From the human T2T-CHM13v2.0 reference genome, Homo sapiens: a DNA stretch of 64,000 bases. The notes below the pieces were generated by a model, which did no database searches, was not told where the DNA came from, and saw only the letters and a list, made by a program, of their open reading frames with translations. The position numbers were made by a program, and so were the translations under genes. Every line of letters starts with the position of its first letter. Position 1 is the first letter of the stretch. The DNA is taken from NCBI RefSeq assembly GCF_009914755.1, contig NC_060926.1; one strand, given 5' to 3'. Shown piece by piece: positions 44,183 to 56,026 of the stretch.

Positions 44183-45939
44183 TGATACGGTTTGGCTGTG
44201 TATCCCCACCCAAATCTCATCCTGAATTGTAATTCCCACCTGTTGAGGAAGGGACCTGTAATAGCCACATGTCAAGGGAAGGAGGTGATTGGATCATGGG
44301 GGTGGTTCCCCCATGCTGTTCCCATGATAGTGACTGAATTATCACAAGATCTGATGGTTTTATAAGTGTTCACATGCTTTCTCATGCCTGCTTCCCCTTC
44401 CTCCATGATTGCATGTTTCCTAAGGCCTCCCCAGCCATGTGGAACTCCTGACCATGTGGTAGAAAAGAGAAAAACCATTTTCTGGGGAGAAATTCAAGCT
44501 GGCTGCATAAATTTGCATAAGTAATAAGGAGCCGAATGTTAATAGCCAAGACAATGGGGAAATGTCTTCAGGGCATGTCAGAGATCTTCATAGCAGCCAC
44601 TCCCATTACAGGCCCAGGGGCCTAGGAGGAAAAATGGTTTCCTGGGCCAGGCTCAGGGCTCCCCTGCTCTGTTCAGCCTTGGGACTTGGTGCCGTGTCCT
44701 AGCTGCTCTAGCTCCAGCCATGGCTAAAAGGGGCCAAGGTACAGCATGGGCCATTGCTTCAGAGAGTGGAAGCCCCAAGCCTTGGCAGCTTCCATGTGGT
44801 GTTGGGCCTGTGGGTGCACAGAAGTCAAGAATTGAGGTGTGGGAACCTTTCTCTAGATTTCAGAGGATGTATGGAAATGCCTAGCTGTCCAGGCAGATGT
44901 CTACTGCAGGGGTGAAACCCTCATGGAGAAACTCTGCTAGGGCAGTGCAAAGGGGAAATGTGGGGTTGAAGCTCCCATACAGAGTCCCCACTGGGGCACT
45001 GCCTAGTAAATCAGTGAGACAAGGGCCACAATCCTCCAGTGCCCAGAATGGCAGATCCACCAACAGCTTGCACAATGTGCCTGGAAAAGCTGCAGACACT
45101 TAATGCCAGCCCATGAAAGCAGCCAGGGAGAGGGTGTTAGGGGGGCTGTACCCTGCAAAGCCACAGGAGTGGAGCTGCCTGAGATCATGGGAGCCCACCT
45201 CTTGCATAAGCATGACACAGATATGAGACATAGAGTCAAAAGAGATCATTTCAGAACTTTAAGATTTAATGACTGCCACCACTGGATCTTGAACTTGCAT
45301 AGCACCTGTAGCTCCTTTGTTTTGGCTAATGTCTCCCATTTGGAATGGGAACATATATCCAATGCCTGTACCCCCATTGTGTCTTGGAAGTAACTAACTT
45401 CCTTTTGATTTTACAGGCTTTAGACAGAAAGGACTTGCCTTGACTCAGATGAGACTTTGGAGTTGGACTTTTGACTTTGGGGGACTGTTGGAAAGGCATG
45501 ATTTGTTTTGAAATGTAAAAAAGACATGAGATTTGGGAGGGGCCAGGGGCAGAATGATATGATTTAGCTCTGTGTCCCCACCCAAATCTCATCTTGAATT
45601 GTAATTCTCATGGGTTGAGGCAGGGACCTGTAATCCCCACCTGTCTAGGGAGGAAGGTGATTGGATCATGGGAGTAGTTTCCCTCATGCTGTTCTCATGA
45701 TAGTGAGTGAGTTCTCACAAGATCTGATGGTTTTAAAAAGTGGCAATGTTTTCCTGTGCTCTCACTTCACTCTCTCCTGCCGCCCTGTGAAGAAGGTTCC
45801 TGCTTCCCCTTCTGCCATGATTGGAAGTATTCTGAGGCCTCCCCAGCCATGCATAACTGAGTCAATTAAACCTCTTTTGTTTATAAATTACCAAGTCTCA
45901 GGTAGTATCTTCATAACAGTATGAAAATGGACTAATACA
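44183..45939 (+). mobile_element. MSTA/THE1D-like MaLR provirus, internally deleted
   Basis: 5' LTR 44183-~44447 is fused to internal sequence; 3' LTR 45555-45939 is preceded by PPT 'gggaggggccaggggcagaa'; perfect TSD atgcc. Confidence 0.93.
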
Positions 45940-46740
45940 ATGCCTTTTATCAGATTGAAGTTCCTTTCTATTCCTAATTTCCTGAGAATTTTTATTATGA
46001 ATGAATATTGAATTTAGTCAAAGGCTTTTTCTGCATCTATTGAGATGATGATATGCTTTTCCCTCTTTAATCTATTCCTATGGTGAATTATATTGATTGG
46101 TTTTTGAAAGTTGAGTCAGTTGAATACCTGGCATGTATCCTACTTGATTATGACATATTATCCTTTTTGTATATATTAGTTTCAATTTGCTAAAGTTTGT
46201 GGAGGATATTTGTGTCTATGTTTCTGTGGGATATTTTTCTGTAGTCCTGTTTTCTTGTAATGTCTTTGTATGGTTTTGGTATCAGGTTAATGCTTGCCTC
46301 ATAGTGATAGAGGCAGGAGGCAGAGAACTCTCCTAGACAGATAGGGGAGGGTCCCTGGAGAATCTCCAATCTACCTCACAAGTGCTTACACCAGATGATT
46401 TTGTGTAGAACTTGCACAGGGGGCTTACCTGAATGTGCCTGCAGCAGACTAAGGGCCCACATGTGCACTGTGGGGAGGGAGTGGAGCCACCAGGAATTTG
46501 TGCCTTATACAAATAGGGAACCCAGCCCCATCAACCTTTATATAACAGCCCTTGAATTTAGCTGTGAAGGGGGCAACTGGGAACCTGCTTTCAGGACCCT
46601 GCTCTTTGCTGAGAGCTTTCCTTTTGCTTAATAAATTCTACTCCACTCACCCTTCAATGTCTGCATGCTTAATTTTTGCTGGTTGTGAGACAAGAACCTG
46701 ATCTAGCTGAGCTAAGGAGTAAAAAAATCCTGCATCATTT

Positions 46741-46758
46741 TGGTGGCCCATATGGGCA
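46741..46758 (+). promoter_or_regulatory. Primer-binding site, tRNA-Ile(AAU)-like
   Basis: tggtggcccatatgggca vs recalled Ile PBS TGGTGGCCCGTACGGGGA: 15/18, two differences being CpG decay; 3 nt after the 5' LTR. Confidence 0.75.
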
Positions 46759-48051
46759 CCTGAAGAAGGGTGAGTAAAATGCAGACCCCCAAAACCTCTT
46801 TTACTTTCATTTCACAGCCTTCTTGTCCTCAGACTTTTTCTGAAGGTAGAGGAAAAACTGAACCTCTGATTAGCCAATTAAGAATGAATGGTGGCACAGC
46901 TACAGAGGAGGCTCCTCTCCACACCTATTGCTCTCAGGAGTTGGGAATGTCGACTTTGTTCCAGTCTAGTCTTTTCTGTGGCATATTTCTTCTTCTTTTG
47001 GGATGGTCATGGCACCTATCTCCTCTTTTACAATGTTAGGAAGGCTGATGCAAACTGTTACTGGGTAGAATGAGCCCTTGCCCCAGCCATCAGATGTGCA
47101 ATTTAGAATAATGTAATTTCCATCTGTTGTTAGAAGCATGTCCCCTACTCCCACTTCAGTGGCCACAGGTTGGTTCAGGGGATGGACGGGTGAGCAGCAG
47201 CTGCCTGCCTCTATCCCCTCCCGGCTAGGGTGCATGGCCATATGTCTGCCACATGTGTGTGCTACATGCAATGGCCACGTGGGGTGGGAATGAGCCATGA
47301 CCACTGCCCAGGCCCAGGCCTCAGGGCAGTCTCAGGGACCAAGGGCCCCACATGGCCAGCTAGCCAGCATTTCCCGCTCACTGTCCCCTCCTGTCACGTG
47401 CCCATTGGAGTGTTTCCTCCCTCCTGGCTTGGCCAAGCCAGGAGGGAGGAAACAGCAATTAAAAGGTTCTCTCCCAGTTGGAGGAACCCATTTGCATAAG
47501 AAGTTTTTTCCCTAGGCATCTTCCCCACCCACGCGCTTAAGCTGGTTTTTTTTTTTTTTTTCCTAGTCTCTATCCTGTCAAGTGTTAACTTCTATGAGAG
47601 ACTTTTTTTTTTTTTCACTTTTGAAAGGCATTAGGCCAGGACCCCAATTCACAAGACATCTTTTCACTCCCTTGTTCAAGGAGGACCCAGCTCCACAGCT
47701 TCACCTTAGCATGACTAATTCCTGTGGATTCGTCCATTTCCTGTTTCATGGATAGAGGTCATGCTAGCATCCATGGGATAGACAAGGTCTGGGGAACTCA
47801 AAGTTTACTAACAACAGGGGGACAAGCTACGCAAGGGTAAGGGTGGGTAATTCCCATCCCTGAGGCCCCCTGTTAACATGGGTGAAAGTTGCATTGACAC
47901 CCAGAGGTGGCACCCTGTCAAGGTTGCCAGAACTTAGGCATGTAAGGATGGAAGAAGGAGAGAGGGATGCCTCTTCTTTCTCTCCCTTACATACCCCAGG
48001 TATTTACTAGGAAGGAAAAGGAACTACAGATGCCTGTTCCCCTCTTTCTAG

Positions 48052-48253
48052 ATGGGTAAACAATCATGTTCAATCTCTGCTTCTCTTGAATGCCTCCTGA
48101 ATCACTGGGACGCCTTTGAAAAAAATGCCCTCTTTTTCCTTTTTCCTCCTCTGTCCTCACACCACAGAATATGTGGTGGTGTTCTCATACCACAGGATAC
48201 TCCCCTCGGATGCATTCCCCAAACTGGAGCAAGTTGACTTCCCCAAACCTTAA
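48052..48253 (+). pseudogene. gag matrix N-terminus relics
   Basis: MGKQSCSISASLECLLNHWDAF, then 'DTPLGCI...ccccaaaccttaaa (PQTLK)', resembling class I ERV Gag starts. Confidence 0.6.
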
Positions 48254-49415
48254 ACTGCTAGGCTTAAAATTGAGCTTCGTGGAAGGGAACCCAGAAGCCT
48301 GACATGCAAGCCAAAGGGTAAAAGTTTTTACCAGTCAGACTTCTGGCCTCCCTCTCCCTGTGCAAACTGGTTGAATGAATGATAAAATCACTGTTTATAT
48401 CCTCTGTAAGGTGTTCATTAATGGAAAAAGGACTTGTGAGGCTAGTCTTAAGGTGTACCCAATCTGGTGTGCTTTGGGTCTTTGTGTATGATTTTGTCAT
48501 AAAGCATACATTAGGATAGAATGCAGACCTAGGACTCTATAAGCCCAGTGTTCAAAGCCAGCCCAGCAAACTGGTCAGTAACAAACTTTGTTGCAGGTCT
48601 CCATCTTGTTTTATGTCTTTGGGAGTGTGACCTGTAACCACGTGGCAACCTATAACCACCACTTGGTTTTGGTCTCTGCTATTTAACAATGGTGGCCTGG
48701 TTTCAATCTTGGCATAGAGAACGAGTACTTTCTGGTTAATATCTGTGTGACTTTTACCATTTGCTGATTCTCTTTCACTCCATGAACAACTTCTAGCTTC
48801 CTTTATTAAATATTCCTTTCTCTGAACCACCTTTAAAGATTCTAGATTTTGTAAAAACTGCTTACCACCTCTTTGAAAATACCTCGTATACTTGCAGTTA
48901 AGCCGTAACTTTAGTTGAGGCTTCTTGTGAGGTTACTTTGGTAAAGTTCAAAGGCCAGAAATATTGGCCACTTGGCATGGCTAAAGTCAAGTAATAAGGG
49001 ATTTGAAAAGATTTTCTTAAAGAGCACTTAGCTTAATTAAAAGTGGATAGCTAAGCTATAGGTATTTTAAAAAGGCCTTTACGTTTTTCTCTCCTTGGAT
49101 CTTGTTTTTCTGGAAAAAGAAAGAACTTTTCGTGTTTTTTTCTCAGCCAACTGAATTATTTTTCTCCGTTTTGTCTTGCCACTCTTAGTGCATGCATGAG
49201 AGGCCCTAAGATAACTTCTGATAGCCTGAGACTTCTGGGAAAAAGCAGAGAAGGAGCCACAAACCCCATTTTGGTAAAAAACCCTCTGTTTTCCTCAAGG
49301 AACCCCAGGAATTAAAAGTGGATAGATCCCTCTCAGAATCTGTTTCTGTCTTCCAGCTGTTTCTGCTTATTAGGCTCTGTTAGACCACATACTTTCCTAG
49401 CCCTGTTTCTTGGAA

Positions 49416-49798
49416 GGCTCCACCCTGATGCCAATAATCCAATTAGGAGATTGGCAAATGAAAAATCTTACAACTATGGGGTCTTCTTCTGTCTGTCTGT
49501 GTAATCATCATATATGTATTATGTGTGGATGGTTGTATAAAAAAGAGCTCTAATTGATTGGCCTGAAGAAAAATAAGTGCTTAGATCAAATTTTTTTGAA
49601 GGAAAAATAAAAGGTTCCACCCTAATCCAATTAGGAGATTGGCAAATGAAAAGTCTCACAACTACGGGGTCTTCTCTGTTTGTCTGTGTAATCATCATGT
49701 ATGTATTATGTGCAGATGGTTATAAAAAATAACTCTAATTGATTGGCCTGAAGAAAAATAAGTGCTTAGATAAAAATTTTTTTGAATGAAAAATAAAA
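49416..49798 (+). repeat. ~190-bp tandem duplication within the ERV internal region
   Basis: 49416-49612 vs 49613-49798 ('taatccaattaggagattggcaaatgaaaa...gcctgaagaaaaataagtgcttagat'). Confidence 0.95.
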
Positions 49799-50475
49799 GC
49801 TGTAATGCCTTTTAGTTAAATGTGACTTTAAGGAATAAAAACAGTTTTGAAGATAGTTGGTAAAATACAAATGTCTTCAAAATGTAAATATGTGGTCTAA
49901 ATTATGTGGGTCAGATACTAGGTTTGCTAAATGTTTTAAGGTTATAAACTACTTCTTTGGCTTTTGAGAACTGTTTGACTTGCCTGCTTCACAACTGGTA
50001 AAGCCTGGGGACATATGGAATTAACCACACCCTTAACTATGCTCGAAAGAGTCACACCTTATCTGTGCATAGTACATAATTAAAATATAACTTACCAGGT
50101 TTTACACTAAAATTAAAAATTGCTAAGAGTTGCCATTATACATGTAATTGAGACTACTGGAAATAGATTTTATATGCAAAATGTGTAAGGAAAGTAAAAT
50201 GCATTTTTAGTAAAAGATTATTAGAAAGCATGGGAATGTAAATTTCTCCCAATGATTAAAGGATTGTTTTGAATTAGATACGATAAAGCTAGAGGTTTAA
50301 ACAAATGGTGGAAGGTTTGTAAAAATAATCTTGTAAAAGAAACTCTGTGTGTGAACATATTAACCGAAATTTATAAAGGGTTATAAAAGGTTTAATAAAA
50401 ATCTTACCTCATGGTCAAATGATTAAGATTGGATAGAATTATCTATAATGTTTCATTAAAAAAATTGGGGTTGAC

Positions 50476-51327
50476 CCCATCAAAAAGTGGGCAAAAGATA
50501 TGAACAGACACTTCTCAAAAGAAGACATTTACATGGCCAATGAACATATGAAAAAAAGCTCAATGTCACTGATCATTAGAGAAATGCAAATCAAAAGTAC
50601 AATGAGACACCATCTGATGCCAGTCAGAATAGCAATTATTAAAAAGTAAAGAAACAGTAGATGTTGGTGAGGTTGTGGAAAAATAGGAATGCTTTTACAC
50701 TGTTGGTGGGAATGTAAATTAGTTCAACCATTGTGGAAAATGGTATGGTGATTCCTCAAGGATCTAGAAGCAGAAATACCATGTGACCCAGCAATCTCAT
50801 TACTGGGTATATACTCAAAGAAATATAAATCATTTTACTATAAAGATACATACACACATATGTTTACTGCAGCGCTGTTTCCAATAGCAAAGACATGGCC
50901 AACCCAAATGCCCATCAACAACAGACTGGATACAGAAAATGTGGCACATATACACCATGGAATACTATGCAGCCATAAAAAGGAATGAGATCATGTCCTT
51001 TGCAGGGACATGGATGAAGCTGGAAGCTGTCATCCTTAGCAAACTAACACAGCAACAGAAAACCAAATACCACATGTTCTCACTAATAAGTGGGAGTTGA
51101 ACAATGAGAACACATGGACACAGGGAGGAGAACATCACACACTGGGGCCTGTTGGGGGGTGGAGGTGAGGGGAGGGAACTTAGAGGACAGGTCAATAGGT
51201 GTAGCAGACCACCATGGCACATGTATATCTATGTAACAAACCTGAACATTCTACACATATATCTTGGAACTTAAAGTAAAATTTTAAAAAATAAAAATAA
51301 AAATAAATAAAAAAATTATTGATCCAT
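50476..51327 (+). mobile_element. 5'-truncated L1PA8-like element inside the ERV
   Basis: Diagnostic 'gggagggaacttagaggacaggtcaataggtg'; TSD 'aaaaaattg(g/a)ggttgac' ending at 50475 and 51345. Confidence 0.92.
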
Positions 51328-53258
51328 AAAAAAATTGAGGTTGACATTAATAGACTAATACAAGCATAAAATCTGGCTTTTTCTCCCTGGAACAATATTT
51401 TCATGTAATAGTAAACAATAATGAAAGGTTTTTGCCTTTTAAAAAATTTTTGAGTCACTATTTTGGCTAAAATAAATTATGGTAATTTGGAATTTTATTT
51501 CATAATATCAAGTGCTTTGAACCTCTAACATATTTAATAGGCTTCCCCAAATCAAACTTCAGCTTCAAAAATTGTCTTTTCTGACCCTCACCTTGTGGAT
51601 GCTACAGAGGGCCCCTGGAATATTCAAAAAGAGAGGTAAACAGAATTATTTGATGTGTTTAGTTATGTGGGATTGTCAAAGTGACATTCAATCTCTTTAG
51701 GTTATATTTTAGTAAATAATATTATGTCCCAAAATTCTATGGGATGTCTAAAATTCTAATGTCTGAGTATATGCTATCAATCATAATTAAGGTTATTATG
51801 TTAAACTATTGTAAACCACAGAAATAAGCAAATTTCATTGTCAATTGTGTTTTGACTGTAACTACCCTGGATATTTTGTCCTTCACAGACAATTGTTGTC
51901 TTGCTTTGACCCTTTTTCAAAAGATGGTTTATAATCAGCTATAGGACTTTGACATGTGCTCTCAATGCAGGTTTCTGATAACTTTGGAGATTTTGACACT
52001 GGAATAAAGGAAAAACATATAAGACTCATGAAGAACTGAAATGTTCATGAATATTAAGCAGAACAACAGTTAACAGAATGGACTGAACTGACAGAAAACT
52101 GAAGTAATCTTTTTAACCTTTTTGCCTAAAGTGTTGCTGATCCTTGTTTTGTTTTTCAGAGTCAAGGAAAACAGTCTTTAACAATTGATTAAGATATACT
52201 CCTGTGAATAAAATTTGGAACGTATTTGTTTTTCTCTGCCTGGCTTCTCCAGAATTTGGAAATCATTTGCTTGTGAATATTCTTAACTTATGGCAATAGA
52301 GTTATTTTCATCAGTGCAATAAGAATCCATTTTCTGTTGCAACAGGACACAATTGGAGAAACTGATTATTTCACTCGGGCTTTGAATGGAAGGTTGTGCT
52401 TCCCTTTAAGGAATCAAGCTTGACCTGCAGAGCCAATAAGAGCCCTTTGGGAAAACTGGCCTCATACCTTGTCTACACAGTCCCTGCACAGGGTTCCTAA
52501 CCTGTCATGAATAAAAAATGTCACTAACAGGCCCAGGAGCCCCATATTCTTGGGACCTCAAGAAGAGAGGAATTTACACAACTCATAGGTATTTGAGGGT
52601 ACAAACCCCTGGCTGGGCTCAGCTTTAACAGGTCTTATCTGGGATTCCTTGTGGAACAGAGTTCCATCAAAGCCAACTGAAAAGCCAATGTGAAAAATAA
52701 TTCTTGCTGCACTTTATGCAAATAATCAAACCAAGAGACTAAAGTTTATTTTGCAAACAACTCAGTCCTATCATAATTTGTTTTTGACAAAAATGAGGAC
52801 TGGAGAGAGAAAAATTATGTTTCAAAACTTATCATACATTTGTCATTAAATTCTAATCTCATTCATTGTTTTTAAGTTTTTGCCTACATTTTAGACTAAC
52901 CCTGCTTATTCCTGTGAACTTACCAGTGATCTCTGGCTGCATCTCAGAAGAAACAAAAGGGTTGAGTATTGTAAAAATCTGGATCAATATTTTAATGCTG
53001 AGTAATTATCCTGCAAATCCTGCTGGGTGATGGGAGTAAATAGGGTGCCCATAACCTGGAGGTTTCTTTGTTTGGGAAAATAAGACCAAGGGAGCTAATC
53101 AAAGCCAAGCCCCAGGCACCCAAATCTTAGCAGGCATAACTATAGCCACCAGTTATCTGGGTATGTTGGCAGCCTTGGGATTTTTGATCTGTCCTTAGCC
53201 CCACTTGTTTTGTTTTGATGCATGTCTTCTAATAACCCAGTTTTTCTTTTCTCACCTT

Positions 53259-53345
53259 CAGGCTGTCAAACTCCAAACAGTTATGTAACTGGAGCCTCAA
53301 ATGATGGCTCCTTTTTACCAGGGACCCTTAGATAGGCCTCTGAGG
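53259..53345 (+). pseudogene. env cytoplasmic-tail relic
   Basis: Reads QAVKLQTVM*LEPQMMAPFYQGPLDRPL, similar to HERV-W-type env tails (AVKLQ..EP...PLDRP). Confidence 0.65.
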
Positions 53346-54073
53346 GAGTCCTAATTGCCGTTTTCCCAAAACAGCGCCCCCTGTCAGCAGGAAGTAGTTA
53401 AGACTGGCCTTCCTCTCTATTCTAATGGCTGTTAAAGGCACCTCGGGAAATGATAGAGGCAGGAGGCAGAGAACTCTCCCAGGCAGATAAGGGCGGGTCC
53501 CCAGAGAATCTCCTGACCAGTCCCACAAGTGCTTACACCAGATGTCTTTTGCAGAAAAGGCAACTTGCACATTGGTCTTGCCTGAATGTGCCCACAGCAG
53601 ACTAAGGGCCCATGTGCGCCCTGGGGGGAGGGGGTGGAGCCAACAGGAATTTGCACCTTATACAAATAGGGAACCCAGCCCCATCAGCTTTTATATAAAA
53701 GCCTTTGTATTCAACTGTGAAGGGGGCAACCAGGAACCTGCTTTCAGGACCCTGCTCTTTGCTGAGAACTTTCCTTTCGCTTCATAAATTCTACTCCACT
53801 CACCCTTTTATGTCTGTGTGCCTAATTTTTCCTGGTTGTGAGACAAGAATCCAGATCTAGCTGAGCTAAGGAGTACAAAATCCTGCATCAATTAAATGTG
53901 TTCAGAAGTATTGTCTCTTATTGTAATTCTAGGAGAGGTTGTATAGAATTGGAAGTATTTCTTATTTAAATACTTGGCAGAATTTACAAGTAAAGCCCCC
54001 TGAGCCAGGAGGCTTTTGTTTATTTGTTTTGTTTTTTTAAATTATAATTTATTTTCTTTAAGAATAAATGCTA

Positions 54074-55047
54074 CAGCAAAAAAAGCTATCATTAGAGTGA
54101 ACAGGCAACCTACAGAATGGGAGAAATTTTTTGCAATCTATCCATCTGACAAAGGGCTAATATCCAGAATCTACAAGGAACTTAAACAAATTTACAAGAA
54201 AAAAACAACCCCATCAAAAATTGGGCAAAGGATATGAACAGACACTTCCTAAAAGAAGACATTTATGTGGCCAACAAACATATTAAAAAAAGCTCATCAT
54301 CACTGGTCATTAGATAAATGCAAATAAAAAACCACAATGAGATACCATCTCACACCAGTTAGAACAGCAATCATTAAAAAGTCAGGAAACAACAGATGCT
54401 GGAGAGGATGTGGAAAAATAGGAACGCTTTTACACTGTTGTTAGGAGTGTAAATTAGTTCAACCATTGTGGAAGACAGTGTGGCAATTCCTCAAGGATCT
54501 AGAACTAGAAATACCATTTGACCCAGCAATCCCATTACTGGGTATACACTCACAGGATTATAAATCATTCTACTATAAAGACACGTGCAGGCATATGTTT
54601 ATTGCAGCACTGTTCACAATAGCAAAGACATGGAACCAACCCAAATGCCCTTCAATGATAGAATAGATGAAGACAACGTGGCACATATACACGTGGTATA
54701 CTATGCAGCGATAAAAAAGGATGAGTTCATGTCATTTGCAGGGACATGGATGAAGCTGGAAACCATCATTCTCAGCACACTAATACAGGAACAGAAAACC
54801 AAACACTGCAGGTTCTCTCTCATAAGTGGGAGTTGAACAATGAGAACACTTGGACACAGGGAGGTGAACATCACACACTGGGGCCTGTTGGGGGATGGGG
54901 GGCTAGGGGAGAGATGGCATTAGGAGAAATACCTAATGTAGGTGACAAGTTGATGGGTGCAGCAAACCACCATGGCACATGTATATGTATGTAACAAATC
55001 TACCCGTTCTGCACATGTACCCCAGAACTTAAAGTATAATTTAAAAA
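54074..55047 (+). mobile_element. 5'-truncated L1PA6/7-like element
   Basis: ORF2 end plus 3' UTR 'gcattaggagaaatacctaatgtag...gatgggtgcagcaaaccaccatggcac'; TSD 'aagaataa(a/g)t(g/a)cta' (54060-54073, 55048-55061). Confidence 0.93.
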
Positions 55048-55574
55048 AAGAATAAGTACTAAATAGACCCTCTCCCTCTTTCTTTCCTTTCTCTCATGAA
55101 TTTTTGGCAATTTGCGTCTTTTAAGGGATTTGTCTATATCATCAAAAATTTTGAGATTAAGGTATAGAATTGTTTGTAGTATTCTTTTATATTTTAATGG
55201 TTTGTACAGTCTGTAATGATGTTTTCTCTTTCATTCCTAAAATTTGAAATTTTTCTTTTTTTTCTCTTTCCCTTGGGCAGTCTGGCTATAGGTCTATCAA
55301 TTTTGCTGGCTGGCTTTGCCAAACCACCATTTATTGGTTTCACTATTTTTGTCTGTTGTCTCTATTTTCTGCTTCATTTCTCCTATTTATTATTTCCCTT
55401 CATCTGCTTGTTTCGGATTTGTCTTGCTTACTTTCCTAGTTTTTTAAGATAAAATTTTAGATTACTAATTTGAAACGCTTTTTCATTTTTAGTATAAGCG
55501 TTTATTGTCAAAACTTTCCTCCAAAGCTCTGCTTTTAGTAAGTTCCACACATTTTGATGTGTGGTATCTCCGAT

Positions 55575-56026
55575 GTTACTCTCAAATGGTCATCAGAGCA
55601 CCTTTAGCCAAACATTAGAATTACCTGTGGTGCTTGAAAAAAAATGCCAATGTTCACCCCTAACCAAGACCACATGTGGTAGAAAATCTGGGATTGGGCC
55701 CTGGGAATTCCTTTGTTTTAGAAGCTCCCCAGGTTATTCTAATGTTCATCTAAGGTTGAGAATTCCTGCTTTAATCTCATTAAAAGTGATTCCCAATGCT
55801 CATGTGCCAGTGCTTATCTGGATGCGTGTAGAAAATTTAAACTATTGTACCCCCTCCTAGAGCTTTGACTGAGCAGGTGTACAGTGGCCCGTGGAAACCA
55901 CTATTTAAAGTTTTTAAACCTTAAAGCCACTTTAAAAGTTGGAAATCACTTTTTAAAGTTTTTAAAAAGTAGCCTATGAGATTCTGGTGCATGTGGGTCT
56001 CAAACTACACTTTGAGAAAATCTGCA
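55575..56026. mobile_element. Two adjacent MER5-type hAT-Charlie MITEs
   Basis: 'cattagaattacctg', 'aagctccccaggttattctaatg...aggttgagaa' and 'actacactttgagaaaatctg'. Confidence 0.75.

Larger units (their letters stand above)
46305..53890 (+). mobile_element. Two-LTR ERV1 provirus, MER4-group (MER83-like), non-autonomous
   Basis: LTRs 46305-46737 and 53451-53890 (TGAT...ATCA, mutually homologous); PBS; AT-rich internal region with gag and env scraps and no recognisable pol. Confidence 0.9.
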
